Positions 1 through 9,459 of a DNA stretch of 32,000 nt are shown in pieces. Source of the stretch: Candidatus Iainarchaeum sp. (GTDB lineage: Archaea; Iainarchaeota; Iainarchaeia; Iainarchaeales; JACQJH01); the NCBI GenBank assembly GCA_016205145.1, contig JACQJH010000001.1, positions 580,964 through 612,963 of the forward strand, in the 5' to 3' direction. How positions within the stretch are numbered: the stretch's first letter is position 1; each line of letters opens with the position of its first letter. A model generated the notes under the pieces. It had not been told where the DNA came from, made no database searches, and saw only the letters and a program-made list of their open reading frames with translations. The position numbers were made by a program, and so were the translations under genes.

Positions 1-1
1 A

Positions 2-673
2 GCCGGCTTGCTGGAAGACCCGGCTTTTGAGCATTCAAGCGAAATGTATCAGATGACAAAGGCGATGGAAAGCGCGCCTGACAAGCCGGCGTTTGTCAGC
101 GTCGGTTTCGAGGACGGCATTCCAGTTTCGGTTAACGGCAAGAAATTGAAGCCAGTCGAACTGCTTGAAACCCTGAACAAAATCGGCGGAGAGAATGGCG
201 TCGGCGTTGTCGACATGGTCGAGAACCGTTTCGTGGGAATGAAAAGCCGGGGCGTCTACGAGGCGCCGGGCGCAACGATTTTGTACGCCGGCCACCGCGA
301 CCTTGAAGGAATTACAATGGACCGCGGCCTGATGCATTTGCGCGACTCGCTCATTCCGCGCTACTCCGAACTGGTTTATTTCGGCTTCTGGTGCTCGCGC
401 GAACTGCAGGCATTGAATGCGTTTGTGGACGCGTCGCAGAAAGGCGTTTCCGGTGAAGTGAAACTGAAACTCTTCAAGGGCAGCTGCATTCCGGTTGGCC
501 GCAAAAGCCCGTACAGCCTGTATGACGAAAGCATTGCGACAATGGAAGCCGGCGGCTCTTACAATCAGGATGACGCCACGGGTTTCCTGAAAATCCAGGG
601 CCTGCCATTGAAAATCCAGTCGAAGGTCAATGAAAAGCTTGGCATAAAATTTTTCGGGCAGGAAACGAAATGA
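2..673 (+). CDS. argG: argininosuccinate synthase, C-terminal part (5' end lies upstream of the window)
   Basis: The frame is open from the window edge. The translation carries ArgG C-terminal blocks (ENRFVGMKSRGVYE, PGATIL, LVYFGFW). Stop TGA at 671-673. Confidence 0.9.
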   Translation, partial: AGLLEDPAFEHSSEMYQMTKAMESAPDKPAFVSVGFEDGIPVSVNGKKLKPVELLETLNKIGGENGVGVVDMVENRFVGMKSRGVYEAPGATILYAGHRDLEGITMDRGLMHLRDSLIPRYSELVYFGFWCSRELQALNAFVDASQKGVSGEVKLKLFKGSCIPVGRKSPYSLYDESIATMEAGGSYNQDDATGFLKIQGLPLKIQSKVNEKLGIKFFGQETK

Positions 674-704
674 ATGAAAAAATGATTTTGGGGCATGATG
701 CAGA

Positions 705-1913
705 ATGAAACTGTGGGACAAGGGCGGAAAAGGCGTTGACCCGCAAATTGGGGCGTTCACTGTCGGCAACGATTACATCATTGACAAGAAGCTTGCCAAA
801 TTTGATGCCATTGCGAGCATTGTGCACGCTAAAATGCTTGTGAAGGCGGGCTTCCTTTCTTCGTCAGAGGCGAAAAAGCTCGAGGGCGCGCTGAAGGAAA
901 TCATTGCGCTTGCTGAGGAAGGTAAATTCGAGATTTTGCAGGAGGATGAGGACTGCCACACCGCGATTGAAAAGTTTTTGACGAAAAAGCTTGGCGAAAC
1001 CGGCAAGAAGATTCACGCGTGCCGGTCGCGCAATGACCAGGTCATGGCGGCACTGCGCCTTTACTCGAAAAGCGAATGCGCGGAGATTGCGAAATCTTTG
1101 GAGAAGCTGATTGCGGCATTGAAGGAATTCGGCAAAAAAAACAACGACGTGAAAATGCCCGGTTACACGCATCTGCAGAAGGCAATGCCTTCATCGGTTT
1201 CGTTGTGGGCCGGCGCGTTTGCCGGTGCCTTGCAGGATGACCTTGCATTGCTGGAATTCTCGCAAAAGCTGGTTGACCAGAATCCTTTGGGGAGCGCTGC
1301 CGGTTACGGCGTTCCCGTTGCGATTGACCGCAAGCTGTCGACAAAACTGCTGGGCTTTTCCAAACTGCAGGAAAACGCATTGTATTGCGCGAATTCGCGC
1401 GGAAAATTTGAGGCGATTGTCCTTTCGGCGTGCGTGCAGGTTTCGCTTGACTTGAACAAGCTGGCAACTGATTTGCAATTGTTTTCCATGCCTGAATTCG
1501 GCTATTTTGAATTGCCTGAAGAATTGTGCACCGGCTCAAGCATAATGCCGCAGAAAAAGAATCCTGACGTTCTGGAACTGGTGCGCGCCAAAAGCCATGT
1601 CGTGCAAGGCGAATTGTTCAAGGTCCTCGGCATTGTCTCGAACCTGCCTTCAGGCTACAACCGCGATTTCCAGCTCACGAAAGAACCGTTCTTCAACGGC
1701 CTTGAAACAACGAAAGCTTCATTGCAGGTCATGGCATTGGCTGTTTCAAAGCTGAAGGTTGACAAGTGGAAGTGCGAGAATGCCCTCACAGCCGAATTGT
1801 TTGCAACCGAAAACGCCTTGAAAAAGGCGAAAGCCGGAATGCCGTTCCGCGAAGCGTACAAGGAAGCGGCGAAGGAACTGCTTGAAGGTAAAGGCAAGGC
1901 GAAAGGTGAATGA
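705..1913 (+). CDS. argH: argininosuccinate lyase (short, 402 aa)
   Basis: Carries the fumarate-lyase superfamily signature GSSIMPQKKNP. The N-terminus (MKLWDKG..., SIVHAKML) is typical of ArgH. ATG 705 lies 31 nt after the argG stop. Confidence 0.9.
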   Translation: MKLWDKGGKGVDPQIGAFTVGNDYIIDKKLAKFDAIASIVHAKMLVKAGFLSSSEAKKLEGALKEIIALAEEGKFEILQEDEDCHTAIEKFLTKKLGETGKKIHACRSRNDQVMAALRLYSKSECAEIAKSLEKLIAALKEFGKKNNDVKMPGYTHLQKAMPSSVSLWAGAFAGALQDDLALLEFSQKLVDQNPLGSAAGYGVPVAIDRKLSTKLLGFSKLQENALYCANSRGKFEAIVLSACVQVSLDLNKLATDLQLFSMPEFGYFELPEELCTGSSIMPQKKNPDVLELVRAKSHVVQGELFKVLGIVSNLPSGYNRDFQLTKEPFFNGLETTKASLQVMALAVSKLKVDKWKCENALTAELFATENALKKAKAGMPFREAYKEAAKELLEGKGKAKGE

Positions 1914-1914
1914 A

Positions 1915-2847
1915 ATGGCGAAGGATGGCAAGGCTGTAAAAAAAACCAGTGCAATTGATTTTTTGACCGGCAAGGAATTGTCGCCGAAGCAGGCTGAAAA
2001 GCTTTTGGATTTGGCAGTGAATGTCAAAAAGAATCCGGCAAAATTTTCCGGCGCCTTGAAGAACAAGACTCTTGCAATGCTTTTCCAGAAGACTTCGACG
2101 CGCACGCGCATGTCGTTCGAAGCGGGAATGACGCGCCTGGGCGGGCATGCGATTTTCCTGGACTGGCGCACTACAAACCTCGCGCTTGGCGCGCTGAAAG
2201 ACGAAGTGAAGTCGATGGAACGTTATTCCGACATTCTGATGGCGCGCGTTTTCAAGCATGAGGATATCCTTGCAATAGCAGAGGCCTCGTCAAAGCCGGT
2301 CATAAACGGCTTGTGCGACAAATGGCATCCGTGCCAGGCTCTCGCGGACTATTTGACGGTCAAGGAAAAGCTTGGCAAGGTGAAGGGCAAAAAGATTGCG
2401 TTCGTCGGCGACGGCAACAATGTGTGCAATTCCCTGATTGTGATTGGCGCCTTGCTGGGGGCAAAGGTTTCCATTGCAACGCCCAAGGGATTTGAGCCTT
2501 CGCAGGACGCGGTTTCGTTCGCAAAAGGCCTTGGCGCCGAACTGTTCATTTGCAATGATGCTAGCCTGGCGGCGAAAGGCGCGGACGTCGTTTACACTGA
2601 CACCTGGGTTTCAATGGGCCAGGAAGCGGATGCGCAGAAAAAGAACGAGGCGTTCAAGCCGTTCCAGGTGACAAGGGAAATTCTTGGCAATGCTTACTTC
2701 ATGCACTGCCTGCCGGCGCACCGCGGCTATGAGATGACAGACGAAGTGATTGACTCGCCCAAGTCGATTGTTTTCGACCAGGCGGAGAACCGCATGCATG
2801 CGCAAAATGCTTTGATTCTTTGGATGCTTGGAAAGGCAAAAATTTAA
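1915..2847 (+). CDS. argF: ornithine carbamoyltransferase
   Basis: Motifs STRTRMSFE, HPCQALAD and HCLPAHRG. ATG 1915 is 1 nt after the argH stop, with AGGTGA 5 nt upstream. The track ORF start at 1882 would overlap argH. Confidence 0.9.
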   Translation: MAKDGKAVKKTSAIDFLTGKELSPKQAEKLLDLAVNVKKNPAKFSGALKNKTLAMLFQKTSTRTRMSFEAGMTRLGGHAIFLDWRTTNLALGALKDEVKSMERYSDILMARVFKHEDILAIAEASSKPVINGLCDKWHPCQALADYLTVKEKLGKVKGKKIAFVGDGNNVCNSLIVIGALLGAKVSIATPKGFEPSQDAVSFAKGLGAELFICNDASLAAKGADVVYTDTWVSMGQEADAQKKNEAFKPFQVTREILGNAYFMHCLPAHRGYEMTDEVIDSPKSIVFDQAENRMHAQNALILWMLGKAKI

Positions 2848-2873
2848 CGAAAATGCGGTGTATGTTTGGGGTC

Positions 2874-4067
2874 ATGAAAATGGCAAGCTTCAGGGTTTTG
2901 GATGGAAAAGGCATTACCTGCGTGAAAGGCATAAAGGCTGTAGGAAAGTTTGCGGGCATCAAGTCGAGCCGCAAGGACTTCTGCGTTGTCGCTTCAGATG
3001 CGCCCGCCGCAATGGCCGCTGTTTTCACGCAGAACACCGCGCGCGCGCCGCCCGTCATTCTCGGCTTGGAGCGCCTGAAGCATGGAAAATGCCAGGCATT
3101 GAATGTCGTTTCCGGCGTAGCGAATGCAGGCACCGGAAAGGAAGGCTTGAAAAACGCAAAACTGCAGGCGAAACTTCTGGCTGATGAACTTGGCATTTCT
3201 GAAAAGCTTGCCATGGTGGGTTCGACCGGCATTATCGGAAAGCAGATGCCCATGGCAAAAATCGAGTCCGCGATGAATGGCGTGAAAGGCGAATTGTCTG
3301 ATTCGGAGAAGGCGGGGATGTCTGCGGTTGAGGCGATTATGACAACTGACACGAAGCCGAAGTTCATTGCGGTCCAGGCGAACGGTTTTGCCGTTGCGGG
3401 CATGGCGAAGGGTTCCGGCATGATCGCGCCCAATATGGCGACAATGCTTTGCTACATTTTCACGGACGCCGCCGTTGGGCAGAATGATTTGCAGGCAGGC
3501 CTTTCAAAGGCTGTTGAAAAAAGCTTCAACTGCATTTCCGTTGACGCGTGCGAGTCGACAAACGATACCGTGCTATTGCTTGCGAACGGCCTGTCCGGAA
3601 AAAGGCCTTCGCAAAAGGAATTTCAGGAAGCATTGGATTTTGTCTGCCTGGATCTGGCTAAAAAAATCGTTTTGGATGGGGAAGGCGCAAGCAAGATGTT
3701 TTCCGCGACAGTCAGGGGTGCAAGGGATTTTGGCAAGGCGAAGGAAATGGCTCTGGCCATTGTAAAGTCAGACCTTGTCAAGACCGCGGTTTTCGGCAAC
3801 GACCCGAACTGGGGGCGCGTTTTGCAGGCAATCGGCCAGACGCGCATTCCATTCGAAATGGAAACGCTTGCCATTTTTTTCGGAAAGGTTCAGGTTGTGA
3901 AAAACGGCCTTGCCGCGGACTTCAATCTGCAGGCAGCGCAGACGGAAATGTCGAAAAGCGGTTTTGAGATTATCGTGATTGCGGGCAACGGAAAAGGCGA
4001 GGCAACCGCTTACGGCTGCGATCTGACTGAAGGCTACATCAAGGTCAATGCGGAGTACCCGACCTGA
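2874..4067 (+). CDS. argJ: bifunctional ornithine acetyltransferase / glutamate N-acetyltransferase
   Basis: ArgJ self-cleavage and nucleophile block PNMATMLCYIFTDA. I chose the first ATG after the argF stop; the track ORF starts at TTG 2820. Confidence 0.88.
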   Translation: MKMASFRVLDGKGITCVKGIKAVGKFAGIKSSRKDFCVVASDAPAAMAAVFTQNTARAPPVILGLERLKHGKCQALNVVSGVANAGTGKEGLKNAKLQAKLLADELGISEKLAMVGSTGIIGKQMPMAKIESAMNGVKGELSDSEKAGMSAVEAIMTTDTKPKFIAVQANGFAVAGMAKGSGMIAPNMATMLCYIFTDAAVGQNDLQAGLSKAVEKSFNCISVDACESTNDTVLLLANGLSGKRPSQKEFQEALDFVCLDLAKKIVLDGEGASKMFSATVRGARDFGKAKEMALAIVKSDLVKTAVFGNDPNWGRVLQAIGQTRIPFEMETLAIFFGKVQVVKNGLAADFNLQAAQTEMSKSGFEIIVIAGNGKGEATAYGCDLTEGYIKVNAEYPT

Positions 4068-4116
4068 ATTGTATTATGGGCTCTGATTGGTTTATGGGAT
4101 TTTTGTTGGTGGAAGA

Positions 4117-5301
4117 ATGGCTGGAAAAATGAAACCCGAAAAGGTTTTTGCGCTTGACCGGGAGTTTTACATGAACTGCTTCCGGCGCAAGCCGATTGTC
4201 CTGGAAAAAGGAAAAGGCTGTTTTGTGTTCGACTCGCAGGGCAAAAAATACCTTGACTTTGTCGGCGCCCTCGCGACGTGCAGCGTCGGCTACTCCAATC
4301 CTGCTGTGACGAAGGCGATTTGCATTCAGGCAAAAAAGCTCGTGAACGCGACCAATTATTATTATACTGGACCGCAGGCACTGCTTGCCGAAAAGCTTGC
4401 GAAAATTTCCGGTTTGCAGAAGGTTTTCCTGTCAAATTCCGGGACAGAGGCAATGGAGGCCGCGTTCAAGCTCGCGCGCAAGTGCACTGGAAAGACGCAG
4501 ATCATTTCGACGGAGAACGCTTTCCATGGCCGCACTTTCGGCGCGCTGACTGCAACGTGGAACAAGGATTACAAGTCGATGTTCGAGCCATTGGTGCCGG
4601 GCTTCAAGACCGTTGCGTTCAATGACGCAAAGGCCCTGGAGGGAGCGATTGATGAAAACACCGCGGCATTCGTCGTCGAGCCGATCCAGGGCGAAAGCGG
4701 CATAAATGTTCCGCATGAAAATTACCTGAAAGCGGTTGCCGGAATATGCAAGGCAAAGGGCGTTCTTCTGATTCTTGACGAAGTGCAGACCGGTTGCGGC
4801 CGAACCGGCAAATTTTTCGCGTTCCAGCTTTCCGGCATCAAGCCGGACATTGTCGTCACGGCGAAGGGCCTTGCAAACGGCTTTCCCATCGGCGCGACTA
4901 TTTCGCGTGAAGGCCTTGATTTTGAGCCGGGCCAGCATGGCGGAACATTCGGCGGCAATCCCCTGGCCTGCAGCGCAGCGCTTGCGACAATAAAGGAAAT
5001 TGAGTCGAAAAAACTCGCGGCCGGTGCTGAAAAGAAAGGCAGGCTTTTCATGCAGAAGCTTTCGGGCCTGCAGAAAAAGTTTTCATTCGTTTCAGATGTG
5101 CGCGGAAAAGGATTGATGGTTGCGGTGCAGCTTTCCGGCGTTTCGGCAAAGGCAGTTGCCGGAAAGTGCCTTGCAAAGGGCCTGCTTGTCAACAGCATCG
5201 GCGACAACGTTTTGCGTTTCCTTCCTCCGCTGACGGTTTCGGAAAAAGAAATTTTGTCTGCAATCAAGGTTTTGGAGAAGGTGTTTGTGGAATGCGCGTA
5301 G
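4117..5301 (+). CDS. argD: acetylornithine aminotransferase (class III PLP aminotransferase)
   Basis: Blocks SNSGTEAMEAAFKLAR, LILDEVQTGCGRTGKFFA and VVTAKGLANG (PLP-Lys region). ATG 4117 is preceded by GGTGGAAG. The track ORF starts at TTG 4087. Confidence 0.88.
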   Translation: MAGKMKPEKVFALDREFYMNCFRRKPIVLEKGKGCFVFDSQGKKYLDFVGALATCSVGYSNPAVTKAICIQAKKLVNATNYYYTGPQALLAEKLAKISGLQKVFLSNSGTEAMEAAFKLARKCTGKTQIISTENAFHGRTFGALTATWNKDYKSMFEPLVPGFKTVAFNDAKALEGAIDENTAAFVVEPIQGESGINVPHENYLKAVAGICKAKGVLLILDEVQTGCGRTGKFFAFQLSGIKPDIVVTAKGLANGFPIGATISREGLDFEPGQHGGTFGGNPLACSAALATIKEIESKKLAAGAEKKGRLFMQKLSGLQKKFSFVSDVRGKGLMVAVQLSGVSAKAVAGKCLAKGLLVNSIGDNVLRFLPPLTVSEKEILSAIKVLEKVFVECA

Positions 5302-6284
5302 GCATAATCGGCGCTGCCGGGTTCGCGGGATTCGAACTTGTCAAAGTGCTGTCCAGCCATCCGAAAGCCGAGCTTGTTGCGCTGAATTCGAAAACGTTTG
5401 CAGGCACGAAAGTCAAATCGGTTTACCCGGAATTCCGGGACGAGAACCTTGCTTTCACGAATTATTCCGTCGGGGAGCTGAACGCCTTGGATTTGGACGT
5501 GGTTTTCCTCGCCGTTCCGCATGGCGCATCCATGCAACTCGCACCGACACTCAAATGCAGGGTAATAGATTTGGGTTCGGATTACCGGTTTCCCGACGCG
5601 AAGCTGTTCAAAAAGGTCAACGGCATCGGGCATGCTGACAAGAAGCATTTGAATGAATGGGTTTACGGCCTGCCGGAATTGTTCCGCCCGAAAATAAAAA
5701 AGGCAAAGCTTGTCGCAAATCCGGGCTGTTATGCGACCGCCTGCATTCTTGCGGGCCTGCCTCTGGCCAAGGAAAAGCTTTTTTCCAAGGCGGTTTTCGA
5801 CTGCAAGTCAGGCTACAGCGGCGCGGGAAGGGAGAAGGCGTCGGACAAGGCTTACATGCAGGGTTTGCGCGAAAACATCGTTCCCTACAAGCTTACGTCG
5901 CACAGGCACATGTTTGAAATGCAGCAGTTTTTGGGAAAAAGCGTTTCATTTTCGCCGCACGTCCTGCCGTTTTACCGCGGCATTGTAGCAACGGGCCATT
6001 TTTTCCTGAAAAAAAAACTGTCCGGCGGGGCGGTGCGCAAAAAGTTCGAAAAGTTTTACGCAAAAGAGCCTTTCGTGAAAATCGTCGAAGGCATTCCGAC
6101 AATGCAGGACATCCAGAAATCCAATTACTGCCTTATCGGCGGCTTCGAGGTTGATGACAACAACCGGCTTGTCATTGTGTCTGCGCTGGACAATCTTGTC
6201 AAAGGCGCGGCCGGACAGGCCGTGCAGAACATGAATTTGATGTTCGGCTTTGATGAAAAGCTCGGGCTGGAAGTCCTGCGGTGA
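5292..6284 (+). CDS. argC: N-acetyl-gamma-glutamyl-phosphate reductase
   Basis: Rossmann N-terminus MRVGIIGAAGFAGFELV and active-site Cys block NPGCYATA. ATG 5292 overlaps the argD stop by 10 nt. The longer track ORF from 5166 is an out-of-frame run through the argD 3' end. Confidence 0.9.
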   Translation: MRVGIIGAAGFAGFELVKVLSSHPKAELVALNSKTFAGTKVKSVYPEFRDENLAFTNYSVGELNALDLDVVFLAVPHGASMQLAPTLKCRVIDLGSDYRFPDAKLFKKVNGIGHADKKHLNEWVYGLPELFRPKIKKAKLVANPGCYATACILAGLPLAKEKLFSKAVFDCKSGYSGAGREKASDKAYMQGLRENIVPYKLTSHRHMFEMQQFLGKSVSFSPHVLPFYRGIVATGHFFLKKKLSGGAVRKKFEKFYAKEPFVKIVEGIPTMQDIQKSNYCLIGGFEVDDNNRLVIVSALDNLVKGAAGQAVQNMNLMFGFDEKLGLEVLR

Positions 6285-6336
6285 AACGCATGGTTCGATT
6301 TGAATCATGCCGTATGCTGTTGGTGGTTGTGGAACT

Positions 6337-7182
6337 ATGCCGGAAATAGTGCGTTATCTCAAGGAAGCATTGCCTTACATCAAAAAGTTCGAGGGAAAGA
6401 CTTTTGTGGTCAAGCTGTCAGGCAAGCTTCTGGATGATGCCGGTGTTTTGCGCGAAATCTGTGGGGACATCGTTTTGCTTGACGCCGTCGGCATTCACGT
6501 GGTTATAGTGCATGGTGCTGGCAAGCAGATTGACGTTGAAACGGAAAAGGCGGGCATTGAGAAAAAGGCCGTGAACGGCCTGCGGTTTACGGACGCCAGG
6601 ACGCTTGCGATTGTCAAAAAGGTTCTCGTTTCAACCAATGCCAAAATAGTTTCCTGCATAAAAAAATCCGGGGCGAATGTGCAGGGCATTGACGGCGTTT
6701 CGCAAAGCGTTATTCTGGCGGCAAAAAAATCTTCCGGCGGCCTGGATTTGGGATTTGTCGGGGCGCCCAAAAAAGCCGATGTCAAAAAATTTGCAAGCCT
6801 GCTTGCAAACGGCGTTGTGCCGGTTGTGGCTTGCCTTGGCAAAACCAGTAGCGGGCAGGTTTTGAACATCAATGCCGACGAGGTTGCCGTGGCAATCGCA
6901 AAGGCGTTGAAGGCGGAAAAGCTCATGATTTTGTCGGACGTGCCCGGCATTTTGCGCGACAAAAACGACAGGAACAGCCTGATTTCCGAGTTGACCGTTG
7001 CGGAAGCGAAAAAGCTTATTGCTGGCGGCGTGATTGCCAGTGGCATGGTTCCCAAAACCCTTGCATGCATTGATGCGCTGAATTCAAGCGTGAAGCGCAC
7101 GCACCTGATTGATGGTTTGGAACACTCGCTCCTGGTTGAAGTTTTCACGGATCTGGGAAAGGGCACGCTGATAAGGAAATGA
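6337..7182 (+). CDS. argB: acetylglutamate kinase
   Basis: Amino-acid-kinase blocks ALPYIKKFEGKTFVVKLSG and VVIVHGAG. ATG 6337 has GGTGG about 10 nt upstream. ATG 6307 is an alternative start. Confidence 0.88.
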   Translation: MPEIVRYLKEALPYIKKFEGKTFVVKLSGKLLDDAGVLREICGDIVLLDAVGIHVVIVHGAGKQIDVETEKAGIEKKAVNGLRFTDARTLAIVKKVLVSTNAKIVSCIKKSGANVQGIDGVSQSVILAAKKSSGGLDLGFVGAPKKADVKKFASLLANGVVPVVACLGKTSSGQVLNINADEVAVAIAKALKAEKLMILSDVPGILRDKNDRNSLISELTVAEAKKLIAGGVIASGMVPKTLACIDALNSSVKRTHLIDGLEHSLLVEVFTDLGKGTLIRK

Positions 7183-7281
7183 CCACTACCGCGTCTGCAA
7201 GGGGCAATGATGGGGTGAAAACCAATTTTGGTGTTTGTTGCCGGCGCAAGGTTTAAATTTCGTGTGCTGTTCTATTTGATA

Positions 7282-7644
7282 ATGGATTTTTCAAAAAAGT
7301 TTTTTCTCGGAGTCTCGGTTCTTGCCCTGCTTTTTGTCTTGGGTTGCGCGCAGTCGAACCCAAAAATGGATTCTTTAGCCAAGTGCCTGACGGACAAGGG
7401 GGCAAAGTTTTACGGCGCCTACTGGTGCCCGCATTGCCTGGAGCAGAAAAAGGATTTCGGCGGCAGCGTTGACAAGCTCAACTACATTGAATGCGCGATC
7501 CAGGGCCAGAACGGGCAGACGCAGGCCTGCATTGACGCGCAGATAAAAGGCTATCCGACCTGGACTTTTGCCGACGGCTCAAGGCTTGAAGGCAGGCTGC
7601 CATTGCCGACGCTTGCCCAGAAAACCGGCTGTGAAGCGCCATAA
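7282..7644 (+). CDS. exported thioredoxin-fold CxxC lipoprotein
   Basis: Signal peptide with lipobox (LALLFVLGC), redox motif YWCPHC and a second Cys pair downstream. ATG 7282 is the start that yields the signal peptide. Confidence 0.7.
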   Translation: MDFSKKFFLGVSVLALLFVLGCAQSNPKMDSLAKCLTDKGAKFYGAYWCPHCLEQKKDFGGSVDKLNYIECAIQGQNGQTQACIDAQIKGYPTWTFADGSRLEGRLPLPTLAQKTGCEAP

Positions 7645-7672
7645 ACCCGGCCTTGTCGTGCGCAAAAGTAGC

Positions 7673-7680
7673 TTTTAAAA
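7673..7680 (+). promoter_or_regulatory. TATA box (TTTTAAAA) for argS; centre about 28 nt upstream of ATG 7705
   Basis: An A/T box inside otherwise G+C-rich DNA. The same spacing to the start codon recurs at leuS, dinB and the 17176 ORF, and to the 5' end of the RNase P RNA. Confidence 0.5.
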
Positions 7681-7704
7681 CACCTTATTCCATTTCTTTT
7701 TTTC

Positions 7705-9432
7705 ATGCCGGATTTTAAGGAACAGCTTGCGCTTGCCCTGGCAAAGGCGCTGGACGGAAAGCTTTCCGAAAGCGAAATTCTCGGAATGCTTGAAGTGCCA
7801 CCGTCGGCCGACTTGGGCGATTTTGCGTTTCCCTGCTTCAAGCTTTCGCCTTTGCTGAAAAAAGGCCCGCAGCAGATTGCGGTTGAATTGCAGGCAAAAA
7901 TTGTTTTGCCGCAGTCTTTTTTGCAGGCAAAATCCATCGGGCCATACCTCAACTTTTTTCTCAAAAAGAAGGTGCTTGCGGAAACCGTCATTGTGCGCGT
8001 TTTGAAGGAAAACAAAAAATTCGGCTTTTCAAAGGCCGGAAAAGGCAGAAAAGTGATGGTCGAGTACAGCAGTCCGAACACCAACAAGCCATTGCACATA
8101 GGCCATTTGCGCAACGATTCGATTGGCATGGCGGTCTCGAACATCCTTGAGGCAAACGGCTGCAAGGTGTTGAGGGCAAATCTTGTCAATGACCGCGGCA
8201 TCCACATCTGCCAGTCCATGCTTGCATACCAGAAATTCGGCAAGGGCAAATCGCCGAAGCAGGCAAAGAAAAAATCCGACCATTTTGTCGGCGACTATTA
8301 CGTTTTGTTCGCGCAGAATGCCAAGGAAAATCCTGCATTTGAAGAGGACGCAAAGGCTTTGCTGAAAAAATGGGAGGCGAAAGACAAGCCCACGATTGCG
8401 TTGTGGAAAAAAATGAACGCATGGGTTTTGTCCGGTTTCAGGGAAACCTACAAACGGTTCGGCTCGCGGTTTGACAAGTTCTTTTTTGAATCGGATTTTT
8501 ATGACAAGGCCAAGCCTTTGATTGATGATGGCCTGCGGAAGGGCGTTTTCACAAAGGAATATGATGGCGCAATTGTTGCCGACCTTGAGGCATTCAAGCT
8601 TTCCAAGAAAATCGTTTTGCGCGCGGACGGCACGAGCATTTACGTCACCAATGACCTCGCTTTGACGATGCACAAGTTTGAGAAGTTCAGCATTGACGAA
8701 GCATTGTGGGTGGTTGCCTCGGAACAGAACTTTTATTTCATGCAGCTGTTCAAGATTTTCGAACTGCTCGGCTTTTCCTGGGCGAAAAAATGCAGGCACC
8801 TGAGCTATGGTATGGTTTTCCTGCCGGAAGGAAAAATGAAGAGCCGCGAGGGAAAAGTTGTCGATGCTGACGACTTGATTGTGGAAGTTGTTGGATTGGC
8901 AAAAACCGAGATTTTGAAGCGCGAGCCGCAAATTTCGAAAAAAGAGCTTGAAAAAAGGAGCCTGGCGATTGCCCTCGCGGCGATAAAGTTTTTCCTTTTG
9001 CGCGTAAGCATCCAGCAGGACATAACCTTCAATCCTGCGGAAAGCGTTTCCTTTGACGGCGAAACAGGGCCGTACGTGCAGTACACCCATGCGCGGGCGA
9101 AAAGCATTCTTGCAAAGGCGAAAGGCAGGCCGAGCGTCAAAGGGGCGGATTTTTCACTGCTCGAATCCGAAAGCGAAAAGAAGGTGCTTTCACTGCTCAA
9201 CGCATATCCCGCGCTGGTCGAGAACAGCCTTCAAAGCCTTTCCCCGCACGCTGTCTGCCAGTACCTTCTGGAATTGTCCGCGGCATTCAACTCGTTTTAC
9301 CATTCCGAGCAGGTTTTGAAGGCGGAAAGCAAGGGGCTTGTCAATGCACGGCTGCTGCTCGTGCAGGCAACTGCAACGGTCATTGCAAACGGCCTGAGGC
9401 TGCTGAACATCGAGCCGATAGAAAAAATGTGA
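7705..9432 (+). CDS. argS: arginyl-tRNA synthetase
   Basis: Class I aaRS with HIGH motif NKPLHIGHLRN. 575 aa. The C-terminal anticodon-binding region ends ...NIEPIEKM, typical of ArgRS. Confidence 0.9.
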   Translation: MPDFKEQLALALAKALDGKLSESEILGMLEVPPSADLGDFAFPCFKLSPLLKKGPQQIAVELQAKIVLPQSFLQAKSIGPYLNFFLKKKVLAETVIVRVLKENKKFGFSKAGKGRKVMVEYSSPNTNKPLHIGHLRNDSIGMAVSNILEANGCKVLRANLVNDRGIHICQSMLAYQKFGKGKSPKQAKKKSDHFVGDYYVLFAQNAKENPAFEEDAKALLKKWEAKDKPTIALWKKMNAWVLSGFRETYKRFGSRFDKFFFESDFYDKAKPLIDDGLRKGVFTKEYDGAIVADLEAFKLSKKIVLRADGTSIYVTNDLALTMHKFEKFSIDEALWVVASEQNFYFMQLFKIFELLGFSWAKKCRHLSYGMVFLPEGKMKSREGKVVDADDLIVEVVGLAKTEILKREPQISKKELEKRSLAIALAAIKFFLLRVSIQQDITFNPAESVSFDGETGPYVQYTHARAKSILAKAKGRPSVKGADFSLLESESEKKVLSLLNAYPALVENSLQSLSPHAVCQYLLELSAAFNSFYHSEQVLKAESKGLVNARLLLVQATATVIANGLRLLNIEPIEKM

Positions 9433-9459
9433 AGAAAAGTTTCTCGCGTGAACTTGGAA

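Noticed and set aside
35-9200. Long antisense or shadow ORFs across the arg/argS genes (e.g. 35-769, 1042-1539, 2699-3433, 4722-5648, 6495-7166, 7551-8249, 8029-9090)
   Set aside because: Each lies opposite or out of frame to a gene with clear family motifs. Their composition is that of shadow frames.
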